Assembly (NCBI GenBank): GCA_964646985.1
Contig: CAZYFI010000002.1
Coordinates: 1-46,703 of the forward strand
Reading direction: 5' to 3'
Length of the DNA: 46,703 nt
DNA from: an uncultured Bacteroidales bacterium
Lineage (GTDB): Bacteria > Bacillota_I > Bacilli_A > ML615J-28 > CAG-698
The position numbers and the translations under genes were made by a program. The notes beneath the pieces were generated by a model that worked only from the letters and a program-made list of their open reading frames with translations, ran no database searches and had not been told where the DNA came from. Shown piece by piece: positions 15,105 to 25,582 of this stretch (positions within the stretch are counted from its first letter, which is position 1; every line of letters starts with the position of its first letter).

Positions 15105-17852
15105 TCATCCAACCAATTGATTGGCGATTGTTTGCCATGGAATGTTGTGACTGCGTTCAACGGTCCATTGATCAGAAGCATCTTTGCTGTATAAAGTAAC
15201 CGTGTCAAATCCGTTAGCGATATCTGGAGTAACGGCATAATACGTAGTTACAGCATCAAAGAAAGCAACTGCCCAACCAGCAACTTCAATGTCACAAAGT
15301 TCAAGGTATAATTCTTGACCTAAGTAAGCACTTAAATCAATGAAATATGTTCCCATATCCGCCCAAGAGCCACCAGCATCAACATTAGGGAAATTGGTGT
15401 CGCTAAAACGGTTTTGCTTGTATAAGCCTATTTGAGTGCCATCAGCTTGATATACTTTAACAGCTGCGGCATTTCCGCCCATTTTCACAGAAATAAATCC
15501 TGTTCCATGAAGAGTGAAATTAGTGGAACGCAATGAATATTGTTCGCCTTCTGCAACGCCTGAAGTCCAACCATCAAAATGATAATTGCCACTTTGGTTA
15601 TAAGGAAGTTTTTCATTCCAATAATGTGTCATATTGATGATAGCATTAACAGTAACTTTTTCTGAAGTCCACCCTGTCATATCTCCGGTTTCAAAACCGC
15701 CATTGATAACAACACCATTATTTGCCATTTCCCAAACAATATTAACATTTGGTTCTTGAACCGAATCTTTTGTGGATCCAGCCACCGTATCAAACCCGTT
15801 CGCAACATCTGGAATAGCAGTATGATAGAAATTAATATCATCAAAGAAAGCAACTGCCCAACCAGCTGTAGCTGGATCATCAATCAATTCAACATAGACT
15901 TTTTCGCCTAAATATGCTGATAAATCTGCAAAATAGCGTGTCATGGTTGCCAAACGGCCACCGTTTGCTAAATAAGGGAAATCAAAATCTTTAAATCGAT
16001 AATTAGTGAAGTACCCAATAACGGTTCCATCTTCCAACACAACTCTAACTGCGGCAGCTTTGCCACCCATCATAAACGAAGCCCAACCTGTTCCAGATAA
16101 AGTGAACAATCCAGAACGAAGGGTATAGCCAGCTCCTTCATTAGATGTAGCTGTCCAACCATCAAAGTGATAACTTCCTTGCTGGTTATAAGCTATTTTT
16201 TCACCCCAGAAAGTTTCTGCATTTAAAGCCCCATTGGCGATTTCACCAGAAACAACTGTCCAACCGGTCATATCTCCAGTTTCAAAGCCACCATTGGCAA
16301 CATTGGTACTAGCCGATACAACAACATTGAAAGTACTAGTGACGGTTTCGCTTTCATAAGTCGCTCCATAATGAACGACATAAGTTCCTTCTTGATTAAA
16401 ATCAAAAGCATCAAATCCGGTTGTAAACTCGGTTTCGCCTAAAACAACTTTGGTAATAACAGCCGGTACGGCAGTTTCACCATAAGAAATAACGACATCA
16501 TCCATTAATGCGGTCAAATCATAATCATCAACCAAGGCTGTTACAAAGCCTTCAGCTTCTGTTTCAATCATTAAAGCTGGCAATTCAAATGGATAATCAT
16601 AATTGGTGTAGTAATCTTGCAAATGAGCAAGCGAATTATATGAATCAGTATATGTTTCTGCCATAATCGCTTGATAAGTAGATTTCATTAACGCTTTTAC
16701 TTCGGCTTCAGTCATGCTGACACGGAAATCATCAGCATTAATAAATGCAAATCCGCTACTTGGATTGTTATCCACAATCGAAAGATAGAGAACATCGCCA
16801 AGATAATCTGATGCATCAACATACACACGACGTAATGTCAAAGGCAACCCTGGATCGTTAAAAGTCGTATTCGTAACGGTGATTAATTCTGCATCCGTTG
16901 TTCCGTCATTAATCGAAATATAACAATTAGTTGGTCCTGCACCAATCATAAACGAAATCCAACCATCACCCGCTAATGTAAATTTTGTGGAACGAATCGC
17001 GCCAACTGCTGATTCTGCCGTTGCCCCGTTGTTGTTTCCATCTAAATAATAATCCCCTTCGCCATATACCAAACGATCTGTCCAGTAATATTGCGTAGTT
17101 GGTACAACAACCGTTCCGCCAAATGCTGTTCCGCTTAATTGTTTCCAGCCAGTTAAATCACCTGCTTCAAATCCACCATTGTTGATGGTTGTTGAAGTAG
17201 GATCTTCTTCAAATTCTGGTTCGCCATAAGCTTCGATTTGAGCATCTCGCTCTGTTTGGAAAGCCGTAACTTCGGCTTCTGTCAAGCAAACTACAAAATC
17301 ATCTAAATTAACATAACCATAATCATCGGTATTATCACTATCCGTCACTTTGATGTAAATGACTTTATTTAAGTGTGCTGATAAATCAACGATTTTGCGA
17401 ATCATTTGATCAGTGATATATGGTTCATTGTAATCAGTGTTTGATACTTTTAATAGCGCAGTATCATTGTCTTTTTCAAAGAATTCTACAAAGATCTTAT
17501 CTTGATTCTTTCCAGCTCCCATTTTGAAAGCAATCTTTCCAGTTCCTGTTAATTGGAAGAAATCGGAAGTCAGTGTTCCCACCATTTTTTGGGTTCCGCC
17601 ATCGGTACCACTAAACCAAAATTCACCGGTTTTATCAACCGTAATTCCATTCACTTTTACATCATTCACAATTCCTCGAGGACTAAACGCAGTTTCTGTT
17701 TTCGTCCATCCCGTCCAAACTTCTGCAGTTCCAAGCTCAAATCCACCATTGGTGATTTGGGTTGGATACTCTTCTTTTTTACCACATGCTGCTAACAACA
17801 TTAACGATAGTGTTAGCGTCACTACAAAGGTAAAACGCAACCATTTTTTCAT
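15105..17852 (-). CDS. Large non-catalytic surface lipoprotein with four CBM-like beta-sandwich modules (putative fructan-binding protein)
   Basis: Lipobox LLAAC. Four modules of about 155 aa each open with NGGFE(x)G(x)(x)(x)GW, at about aa 33-188, 222-378, 518-676 and 715-872. No GH32 catalytic motifs. Co-operonic with the GH32 genes. Confidence 0.75.
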   Translation of the reverse strand: MKKWLRFTFVVTLTLSLMLLAACGKKEEYPTQITNGGFELGTAEVWTGWTKTETAFSPRGIVNDVKVNGITVDKTGEFWFSGTDGGTQKMVGTLTSDFFQLTGTGKIAFKMGAGKNQDKIFVEFFEKDNDTALLKVSNTDYNEPYITDQMIRKIVDLSAHLNKVIYIKVTDSDNTDDYGYVNLDDFVVCLTEAEVTAFQTERDAQIEAYGEPEFEEDPTSTTINNGGFEAGDLTGWKQLSGTAFGGTVVVPTTQYYWTDRLVYGEGDYYLDGNNNGATAESAVGAIRSTKFTLAGDGWISFMIGAGPTNCYISINDGTTDAELITVTNTTFNDPGLPLTLRRVYVDASDYLGDVLYLSIVDNNPSSGFAFINADDFRVSMTEAEVKALMKSTYQAIMAETYTDSYNSLAHLQDYYTNYDYPFELPALMIETEAEGFVTALVDDYDLTALMDDVVISYGETAVPAVITKVVLGETEFTTGFDAFDFNQEGTYVVHYGATYESETVTSTFNVVVSASTNVANGGFETGDMTGWTVVSGEIANGALNAETFWGEKIAYNQQGSYHFDGWTATSNEGAGYTLRSGLFTLSGTGWASFMMGGKAAAVRVVLEDGTVIGYFTNYRFKDFDFPYLANGGRLATMTRYFADLSAYLGEKVYVELIDDPATAGWAVAFFDDINFYHTAIPDVANGFDTVAGSTKDSVQEPNVNIVWEMANNGVVINGGFETGDMTGWTSEKVTVNAIINMTHYWNEKLPYNQSGNYHFDGWTSGVAEGEQYSLRSTNFTLHGTGFISVKMGGNAAAVKVYQADGTQIGLYKQNRFSDTNFPNVDAGGSWADMGTYFIDLSAYLGQELYLELCDIEVAGWAVAFFDAVTTYYAVTPDIANGFDTVTLYSKDASDQWTVERSHNIPWQTIANQLVG

Positions 17853-17865
17853 TTTTCTCTCCTTT

Positions 17866-19899
17866 TTATTTATTTACTAAAATATCATATTTATTGACTT
17901 GTTTTAAACTATAGCTGAACTGTATTATACATTTTTGATCAGGGTAAACATTTCCCGTCATTGTCATATAACCATCATTGATGAATACTTCAACACTTGA
18001 TACATCTAAAAATATGCGTAATTTTAAAATCCCGTTATGAAGTACTACGTCAACATTTCGCGTTGAACGGTTCATTTCCGCACCGCTGATGGTCTTTCCA
18101 GAATTACTACGATCAAAGACAACTGTTTGTGATAGAGCATCATAATAAACAAGCGTTTCATTGGCTTCACCCTTAAATAGTTTAACGCCTACTTTGGATG
18201 ATGAGCCAACTTCGATTTCCAGTTCTAATTCTACGGTTTTTCCCGAAATTTGCGGAAGTGTCAAACTTCCATTAACTGTTTTGTTCTGGTAACTAACCGC
18301 ATTGGTCCGATAATCGATGATTTCGCGAACCGGAGTTTGATAAACATGGCCATCTTGATAAGTCAATTCTCTTGGCAAAGTATAAGCACCAACCCAATTA
18401 TGGGCTTGTGTGACCAAAGTCCGATCCCACATTTGCATCCAAGCAAGCATAATCGTTCTTCCATCCGGTGTTTGCATCGTTTGGGCGGCATAAAAATCAA
18501 AGCCTCCATCAAACTCAACAAATTCATCATAATCATAACGCCCACTCTGATAGTCCATTTCACCAACCATGTAAACAACCGAATGAATGTTTTCAAATTG
18601 ATTGCCCTCTTTCGGAAGGTTCTGTGGACTAACAATTAGAATTTCTTGCCCATCGATTGTTACAAAGTCCGGGCACTCATAAACTCCAGATAATTGTAAA
18701 AAATGAGGAGCTAGCGGATTATGATTGTTCATGACTTTTCCTACATAATCCCAACTAGTAAGGTTGGAAGAGCGATATAGAACAATCATTCCATAACCAT
18801 TGGCTTTGGTTCCGATGAGGCAATAATAATAACCGTCATGATAAAACACTTTCGGATCACGGAAATCCGCAGTCGATACCCCAGAAGGCACTTCAATCGT
18901 GGATATTACCGGATTGCGATTCAATTTTTCAAAATTAATTCCGTCCTCTGAAACTGCTAGATTTTGCGTCTGCTGATTATTGGCTACACCTGTATACATT
19001 AAGTACAATTTTCCATCTTTTTCAATGGCAGTGCCGCTAAAGCATCCCAAATCCTGATCATAATCTTGATCCGGTGCTAACGCCACGGGTTGTAATTCCC
19101 ATTTTACAAAATCTTTGGTCGTATAATGACCCCAATGCATTGGTCCCCAACTGCTGGCATAAGGATTAAACTGATGAAACAAATGGCCTTCGCCATTGAA
19201 CCAAATTAACCCATTCGGATCATTACTCCAACCGATTGGCGATATAGCATGGTAAGTATGTCGATAGGTTGGGTTAACTGTATTTAAATTTTCTAGAACA
19301 TATTGATATGCGTCGTATACTTTTCCCACTTGATCTTCAACTCCTTGGTAATTTACAATAAAATCATCAACATTGATATAATTGTAATCATCGATTTTGC
19401 TATCATTATCAATCACTTTTATTTGAACAGTTTTTCCTAGATGTGCACTGGCATCAATTATGACGCGGTGCAAAGTATTCGGGCTACTTTCATCAAAATC
19501 GCTGTTCGCACGAATAGCGAGTTCGTTTCCTCGTGAATCAATTAAGGCCACATAACACAATGCGTTGTTTTTTGCTCCACTTAACAAAAAACCGATTTTT
19601 CCGTTTCCCTTTAATTTAAATTTTTCGCTAAGCATAAATCCGGTTTTACTGAAACCGGCTTTTTTCCCATAAAAGAGAAATTCGCCAGCTTGGTTAAATC
19701 GTTCGCCGTTTTCATCTTTATCATTAAGGACAATACCCGAGTTTGAAAAAGCATCTCCGCTTGTTTCCCAACCTTTTAGAGTCCCGCTTTCAAAACTGGC
19801 ATTTAAAAAAGTATATTCACCCGCAACTGTACTCGTGCATCCCCCCAAAGCTAAAGTGATGGCGAAAAGAATTGCGCTCACAATCCACTTATTTTTCAT
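17866..19899 (-). CDS. GH32 beta-fructofuranosidase lipoprotein (exo-type motifs) with an N-terminal CBM-like module
   Basis: Lipobox LALGGC. N-terminal module of the same family as modules 1-2 of the 915-aa protein (…INVDDFIVNY). GH32 motifs WSNDPNG, FRDPKVF and YECPDF. Confidence 0.85.
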   Translation of the reverse strand: MKNKWIVSAILFAITLALGGCTSTVAGEYTFLNASFESGTLKGWETSGDAFSNSGIVLNDKDENGERFNQAGEFLFYGKKAGFSKTGFMLSEKFKLKGNGKIGFLLSGAKNNALCYVALIDSRGNELAIRANSDFDESSPNTLHRVIIDASAHLGKTVQIKVIDNDSKIDDYNYINVDDFIVNYQGVEDQVGKVYDAYQYVLENLNTVNPTYRHTYHAISPIGWSNDPNGLIWFNGEGHLFHQFNPYASSWGPMHWGHYTTKDFVKWELQPVALAPDQDYDQDLGCFSGTAIEKDGKLYLMYTGVANNQQTQNLAVSEDGINFEKLNRNPVISTIEVPSGVSTADFRDPKVFYHDGYYYCLIGTKANGYGMIVLYRSSNLTSWDYVGKVMNNHNPLAPHFLQLSGVYECPDFVTIDGQEILIVSPQNLPKEGNQFENIHSVVYMVGEMDYQSGRYDYDEFVEFDGGFDFYAAQTMQTPDGRTIMLAWMQMWDRTLVTQAHNWVGAYTLPRELTYQDGHVYQTPVREIIDYRTNAVSYQNKTVNGSLTLPQISGKTVELELEIEVGSSSKVGVKLFKGEANETLVYYDALSQTVVFDRSNSGKTISGAEMNRSTRNVDVVLHNGILKLRIFLDVSSVEVFINDGYMTMTGNVYPDQKCIIQFSYSLKQVNKYDILVNK

Positions 19900-22280
19900 C
19901 AGCCTGATCCTTCCTCATAAATCGATTTCATGCTTGCTACGGTCATTTGTTTGATGACGACATCGCCATTTTCCGAAAACAGCACCATTCCAAGAGAGGA
20001 TGGATCAGGATATATTCGAGCAGATATGGCTTTTTGTTGATTGAAAAAGGCTTCTACCAATGAACGGTCCAAATAGATGTCCATCTCCATGGTAGATTGT
20101 TCAAAGCTGAATGATCCATAAAAATGGCCAGAAATATTTTGATTATCGCTTAAAGCTCCGCTCAATCCTGTTTTAACACCTATGGTTTTTAAGGATTCAT
20201 TAAAATAGAGGGTTGTTTCTTCAAGAACAGAAGCGTTTTTCCGAACTTTAATACCAAATTGGGAAGCATTAACATTTTCAAATTCAATGTGAATATAGAG
20301 CATATCCCCTTTCACATCGCTCAACAACGAATTCGCTTCACTCAAAGTTTTATTCGTCATTGACACTAAGGTTTCTTGATGATAATTGTTTATAGCTGCA
20401 ACAGGACGAATCATCAAATCAGTCCCGTCATCGTTTAAATATACTTCTCTTGCTAACCCGACACCATGCGCCCAACCAGATAAAAAGGCATCTGATGGTT
20501 TTCTTTGATCTTGCATAATACTAAATAAAATAGCTTTTTTGGAAACAGGATCAATAAATCCCGATGGTCCCGTAAACACGTTGTTGCCATAATCAAGCAA
20601 CCTTGGGGTTGTTCCAAATGCTGGATCAGGAGTAAAACGCCCTGCGGTTTTATCAAAACTGCCAAGCCAATAATAAATATCATTATCGGCACTGTCCGCT
20701 GGTGCAGGACTAATAATAAACATATACTTGGTAATGGTATTGCTCTCATTAGAAACTGGTAACATCAAAGGTAATTCCCAAACCGGCCCAAGATCCGCCG
20801 GTTGATTTACTTGTTCGTATAATTGTCCCTTATATGTCCAGTTTTGAAATGAATCATCTTTTGTTGTATAAAGTAGAGCGGTCCCACCGGTATTCCACTT
20901 TGTACTCGATGAACCAATCAACAAATACCAAGTGTCTTGTTCTTGCCAGATATGAGCATCGCGAAATTGTCCCGAAGCTCCCTGACCAGAAACTTGTTTG
21001 ATTGCCAATTCATCATCGACAACCCATTCTGTTAAATACGGATCAGTCGGATCTTTCGGGCGAGCAATGCCAATATTTTGATTGCTGATTAAACCATCTT
21101 TTTGATAAGAATCATTTCCAGCAGTAAATAATAGTACTGGTACTCCATCCGCATCATAGGTGGCTCCCCCACTCCAAACACCATCGGGGCACACGGAATC
21201 AGCCGTTGGTGTAATAACTTCTTTTAGAGGCCGCCAATTAACCATATCATCACTGATTAAATGTCCCCAACCAATATTCCGAAAATAAGGACCAAATAGA
21301 TTGAATTGGAAGAATAAGTGATAATAGCCATTATAATACATCGGTGCATGAGGTTCATTCATCCAATGTTGGTAGGGACCTCCATGATATTGTGTTTTAT
21401 AAATATCATTTGTTAAAATATTTTGTAGCCAAATGTCTTCAAAAGCAATTTCCGGAACAACAACACGGGAATATGCTTTTTGAACATCATCGGCTTGTAA
21501 ACAAGCATCATAAATTTTTAAATCATCTAGTAGTCCACTGACCATGTTTAAAGTTGCCGTAGCATTTGATCCGGGATAACTATTGCGCGCAATGAGCAAA
21601 GGTTCTCCAGAAGCACCAACAATGGTTGCTCCTTGAAAAAAATAATCGCTATTAACCAATTCACCATTTAGATAAATAGCCATCTCACCTTGATCACCAT
21701 CAAATACAGCTACAATATGATTCCATTCGTATTTTACAAGTGGATGATTATCATCCCACAAACTAAGCCAGCGATCGCCTAACCCGACTTGGAAGCTCCA
21801 AGCCCCATGGCGCTGATAACCAAGGATGAATCCTTGATTTTCACTTTTATTATGCTGTGAAACAATGGCTGTCAGTTTATCGGTTCCATTCATTTGTGCA
21901 TTCGGGTCATCCCATTCAAAAGCGCGCGGAGCCACCCAAACACTGATTGTAAGTTGCGACCCACGTACTTTTAAATCTTCTTCTGGATAACGGATAAAGT
22001 TCGAATACCCATCAAATAATAAAGAACCATTAACAACCCCTGTTTTTCGCCACTGCGGATCTTGGGGAGAAGGCAAATAAGTTGGATTGGTCAATACATA
22101 AGCAATGGTTGCTGGGTCTTCTTTTTTAGCAGCATCAAGAGCTTTATTCCCTTGTCCCTCATCAAATGTTAAATGTAACAACAAATCCTTGGCATAGGGA
22201 TCATTATTGCCACAAGCAAATAAACTAGCAACAACGAATATTAGGAAAAAAAACAAGAATATTTTTTTTGTTATTTGCAT
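19899..22280 (-). CDS. LamG-like plus GH32 lipoprotein (variant nucleophile motif WMNEP)
   Basis: Lipobox SLFAC. Concanavalin/LamG-like region (LLFDGYSNFIRYP...LTISVWVAPRAF...LDDLKIYD). GH32 core WMNEPHA (Glu codon 21354-21356), FRDAHIW, WELP. RBS AGGAGG. Its stop overlaps the next ATG (TGATG). Confidence 0.8.
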   Translation of the reverse strand: MQITKKIFLFFFLIFVVASLFACGNNDPYAKDLLLHLTFDEGQGNKALDAAKKEDPATIAYVLTNPTYLPSPQDPQWRKTGVVNGSLLFDGYSNFIRYPEEDLKVRGSQLTISVWVAPRAFEWDDPNAQMNGTDKLTAIVSQHNKSENQGFILGYQRHGAWSFQVGLGDRWLSLWDDNHPLVKYEWNHIVAVFDGDQGEMAIYLNGELVNSDYFFQGATIVGASGEPLLIARNSYPGSNATATLNMVSGLLDDLKIYDACLQADDVQKAYSRVVVPEIAFEDIWLQNILTNDIYKTQYHGGPYQHWMNEPHAPMYYNGYYHLFFQFNLFGPYFRNIGWGHLISDDMVNWRPLKEVITPTADSVCPDGVWSGGATYDADGVPVLLFTAGNDSYQKDGLISNQNIGIARPKDPTDPYLTEWVVDDELAIKQVSGQGASGQFRDAHIWQEQDTWYLLIGSSSTKWNTGGTALLYTTKDDSFQNWTYKGQLYEQVNQPADLGPVWELPLMLPVSNESNTITKYMFIISPAPADSADNDIYYWLGSFDKTAGRFTPDPAFGTTPRLLDYGNNVFTGPSGFIDPVSKKAILFSIMQDQRKPSDAFLSGWAHGVGLAREVYLNDDGTDLMIRPVAAINNYHQETLVSMTNKTLSEANSLLSDVKGDMLYIHIEFENVNASQFGIKVRKNASVLEETTLYFNESLKTIGVKTGLSGALSDNQNISGHFYGSFSFEQSTMEMDIYLDRSLVEAFFNQQKAISARIYPDPSSLGMVLFSENGDVVIKQMTVASMKSIYEEGSG

Positions 22281-22289
22281 TTTTCCCTC

Positions 22290-24644
22290 CTATATTGTTT
22301 TCATCGTCTGGACCAACAGACGATTAATCATGATTTGGCCATCGGCGAATACCATCATTTGCGAAGCGTTATTATAGACCATCGCTGTTAAGGTCCGGTA
22401 ACCGTTGATATAAACTTCAATCATGGCACCATCAATAAAGATCTCTAAATCAAGAACATCTTCAGGTAATAACATCATTTGTCCGCCAAAAACGCCTTTC
22501 ACCACTGTATTTCCCGAGTTGGTCGTATCAATCGAGATATATTGATTGATTACATCATAATGAAGAATTGTTTCTTGCCCAAATTGATCTTTTTTCAAAA
22601 CAATTCCCAAATTATTAGCATCCCCATTGGCTATTTGCAAATGAAGATATAATTGATTCCCAGAAACTGTTGAAAGAGCTTGATTGGCAGTTTGAATATT
22701 GGTGTTTGTTTTATCCACAAGCAAATCAGATTTTAAATCATCCAATTCTTTCAGTGGACCAACCATTAATTCACCATCATCATCGAGCGATAGCTGACGA
22801 GGAACGCCAGCTGAATGAGCCCATCCCGCAGCATATTCCATACGTCCGGTTCTTTGTCCTTGGATAATGCTACAAATTAATACTCGTCCAGTCAAAGGAT
22901 CAGTGGAAATTGTCGGACCGGTAAAAACATTATTTCCCAAATCCATTAATTTGGGATTTTCATGTTCAGGAACAAACTTCATCGTTGTTTTATTAAAATC
23001 ACCTAAGTAATAATAGACATCATTATCTGCCCCTGAACCCGCGGGAGAAAAAGCAAAGAGATATTTCGAAACCGTTTTGTTGGCATTGGTAACCTTCGCA
23101 AGATTCACTAATTCCCAAGTAGTTCCCATATACTTATGGTAAATAGTTGGCATAAACAACTCACCTTGATAATCCCAGTTTAAAAACGAATCATCTTGGG
23201 TAGTAAATACTTGGGCAGTTCCTTTTCCATCATAACGAGCGGACCCAACAAACATATAATAAGTCCCGTCCTCATAATAAATATTCGGATCGCGGAATTC
23301 ATTGGTTTTTGCCATGGACGAATTCGACATTGCCACCAATTGGTCACTTATTACCCATTCTGTCAAATCGGGATCAGTTAAATCTTTGGGAACAGCAATC
23401 GCCACATTTTGATTGCTCCACTGACCAAAGCTTTTAGCATCATCACCCGCTGTAATAAACAAAACCGGCGTTCCGTCTTTTTTATAAGAGGCTCCTCCCG
23501 ACCATATTCCATCTGGGCAAACCGAATTTTTCATAGGAATGATTGCTTCTTTCACATTCCGCCAATTAACCATATCCGGGCTAACCCAATGACCCCAAGC
23601 AATCTGGCGCCAATAAGGTCCCGTAAGGTTAAATTGGTAAAACAAATGGTAGTTGCCCTGATAGTAAAAGAGGGCGTGTGGTTCATTCATCCAATGTTGC
23701 GGAGGTGAAGCATGGTATTGTGGTTTATAAATGTCATCATCTAGAATTTCTTCATTAAGCCATGCATCGGAAAAATGAATGGGGCGGATGCGGTCTTTTT
23801 GTACAAAACTATCATGGTATGTTTTCACATCTAAAGCATTAAGGGATGATTGATATATTCGTAATTCATCCATCAAACCATTAAACATATTTAATTCAAA
23901 GACTCCCGTTTTTTGGGGAATTTGACTTTTACCAATATATAAAGGTTTATCAGCTGGGGCAATTGCTCCAAAGATGCCATCATGATTATTAACCAATTCA
24001 CCGTTTTTATACATGCCCATAAAGCCGGTTGTTCCATCAAAAACAACCGTTAGGTGATTCCATGTATAACGATCTAAATCATTCCATTCATTCCAAAGTT
24101 TTATCCATCGATCACCAAGACCAATTTGAAATGAATATTCGCCATATTTGTGCATGCCTAAAACAAATCCTTGGTTTTCAGCCTTATCATATTGACCAAG
24201 GATTACCTGCAAATGCTCACTATTGTTTTCGACTGCTCCGGGAGCATCCCATTCAAACATTCTTGGACTGATAAACAAATCTATGGTTAAATGTTGTCCG
24301 CTAATTTGGATATCTTGATAACCATACTCAATGTAGTTGGAATACCCATCAAAAGCCAAACAAGAGCCGCTGATAGCGGAACGACTAATCCAAGAAGGAT
24401 CAATGGATTGTTTATATGCGGCTTGGGTAAAGACATAGTTGATCGTAGCTTTCTTAGTTGTTTTCTGATCAGTAATCTCGTTACCTTTATTTTCATCAAA
24501 GTTCGCAAAAAAATACAAATCTTGGAAATAAGGGTCTTCAAATTCATGGTAATAAAGTGCCTCATTGTCTATTTTAGCGCACCCATACGAAAGCAATATC
24601 AAGATGAAAGCCATAAAACAAATAAATATTTTTTTCATTCGCAT
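22290..24644 (-). CDS. LamG-like plus GH32 lipoprotein, paralogue of the preceding gene (WMNEP variant)
   Basis: Same architecture: LAFDGYSNYIEYG, LTIDLFISPRMF, WMNEPHA (Glu codon 23682-23684), FRDPNIY, WELV. Start ambiguous among 24647, 24644 and 24638. Signal peptide ends LLSYGC. Confidence 0.8.
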   Translation of the reverse strand: MRMKKIFICFMAFILILLSYGCAKIDNEALYYHEFEDPYFQDLYFFANFDENKGNEITDQKTTKKATINYVFTQAAYKQSIDPSWISRSAISGSCLAFDGYSNYIEYGYQDIQISGQHLTIDLFISPRMFEWDAPGAVENNSEHLQVILGQYDKAENQGFVLGMHKYGEYSFQIGLGDRWIKLWNEWNDLDRYTWNHLTVVFDGTTGFMGMYKNGELVNNHDGIFGAIAPADKPLYIGKSQIPQKTGVFELNMFNGLMDELRIYQSSLNALDVKTYHDSFVQKDRIRPIHFSDAWLNEEILDDDIYKPQYHASPPQHWMNEPHALFYYQGNYHLFYQFNLTGPYWRQIAWGHWVSPDMVNWRNVKEAIIPMKNSVCPDGIWSGGASYKKDGTPVLFITAGDDAKSFGQWSNQNVAIAVPKDLTDPDLTEWVISDQLVAMSNSSMAKTNEFRDPNIYYEDGTYYMFVGSARYDGKGTAQVFTTQDDSFLNWDYQGELFMPTIYHKYMGTTWELVNLAKVTNANKTVSKYLFAFSPAGSGADNDVYYYLGDFNKTTMKFVPEHENPKLMDLGNNVFTGPTISTDPLTGRVLICSIIQGQRTGRMEYAAGWAHSAGVPRQLSLDDDGELMVGPLKELDDLKSDLLVDKTNTNIQTANQALSTVSGNQLYLHLQIANGDANNLGIVLKKDQFGQETILHYDVINQYISIDTTNSGNTVVKGVFGGQMMLLPEDVLDLEIFIDGAMIEVYINGYRTLTAMVYNNASQMMVFADGQIMINRLLVQTMKTI

Positions 24645-24651
24645 CACTTCT

Positions 24652-25575
24652 CTATTTCAATCCCGTAAAAGCGACACCTTCTATGATATATCTTTGTGCA
24701 AAGATATAAACAAGGGCAATTGGAATTGTACTAAACGTGAGGGAAGCCATGACAAGAGAGATATCTTTTGGATTAAAATTGTTGATAAGTTGTAAGAATA
24801 CTTGTAATGGTTGTTGGGCTGGGTTCGAGAACATTAATTGTGCAAACACATATTCATTCCAACTTCCCATAAACGTAAAGATGGCAACGGTCGCAAAGAC
24901 AGGCAGCGACAGCGGAACAACCACTTTAAAGAAAGTCGTTAATTTCGAAGCTCCGTCCACATAAGCAGCTTCTTCTAATTCCTTAGGAATTCCCAAGAAA
25001 AAGGCGCGAAACATGAAGATATAAAACGGACTGACTAACCCCGGCAATAAGTAACCGATAATGCGAAATTCCGGAGATAGTAATCCAAGATTTTTTAAAA
25101 TGACATATAGTGGAACAATCGAAGTTTCAACCGGAACAATCAAGATTAAAATGATAATGCTGACAATGGTTTTATGGCCAGGAAATACAAAGCGCGACAA
25201 AGCATAACCAGCAATCGAATTAACCAGTAATACTCCCGTAATCGAAACGGTGGCATACATAATACTGTTTAGGATTGATCGTCCAAAATTATCAAAAGTA
25301 GAAAACAAGTTCTGATAAGATATTAACCATTTGCTTACATCCCAAGTGGCAGGAAAAAAAGTTTTAATCGAATTAATATTCTCATACACTTGTGCTTGGG
25401 TTTTAAAACTATTGGATAACATCCAAACAACTGGGAACAAAAAGATAATACATAAAATGACCAACATGATTCTAAACAGTATTTTAATGATGATTTCTTG
25501 AAACGAATAATGCCGTTTTTCTTTCTTTGGCAATTGTAAAATCGATAATGGAATATCTTTGCGTTTTTTCATCAT
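24652..25575 (-). CDS. Carbohydrate ABC transporter permease (MalG/MsmG-like)
   Basis: Six-TM BPD_transp_1 permease with EAA loop (ELEEAAYVDGASKLTTFFKVVVP). Start set to ATG 25575/25572 behind GAGGTG. Confidence 0.85.
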   Translation of the reverse strand: MMKKRKDIPLSILQLPKKEKRHYSFQEIIIKILFRIMLVILCIIFLFPVVWMLSNSFKTQAQVYENINSIKTFFPATWDVSKWLISYQNLFSTFDNFGRSILNSIMYATVSITGVLLVNSIAGYALSRFVFPGHKTIVSIIILILIVPVETSIVPLYVILKNLGLLSPEFRIIGYLLPGLVSPFYIFMFRAFFLGIPKELEEAAYVDGASKLTTFFKVVVPLSLPVFATVAIFTFMGSWNEYVFAQLMFSNPAQQPLQVFLQLINNFNPKDISLVMASLTFSTIPIALVYIFAQRYIIEGVAFTGLK

Positions 25576-25582
25576 TATCACC

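Noticed and set aside
22262-22269. A8/T8 homopolymer tracts near the 5' ends of lipoprotein genes (also about 24631-24635, 14846-14853 and 8010-8016) as phase-variation switches
   Set aside because: Runs of 7-8 A/T are expected by chance in a genome this AT-rich. There is no evidence of length variation from a single sequence.
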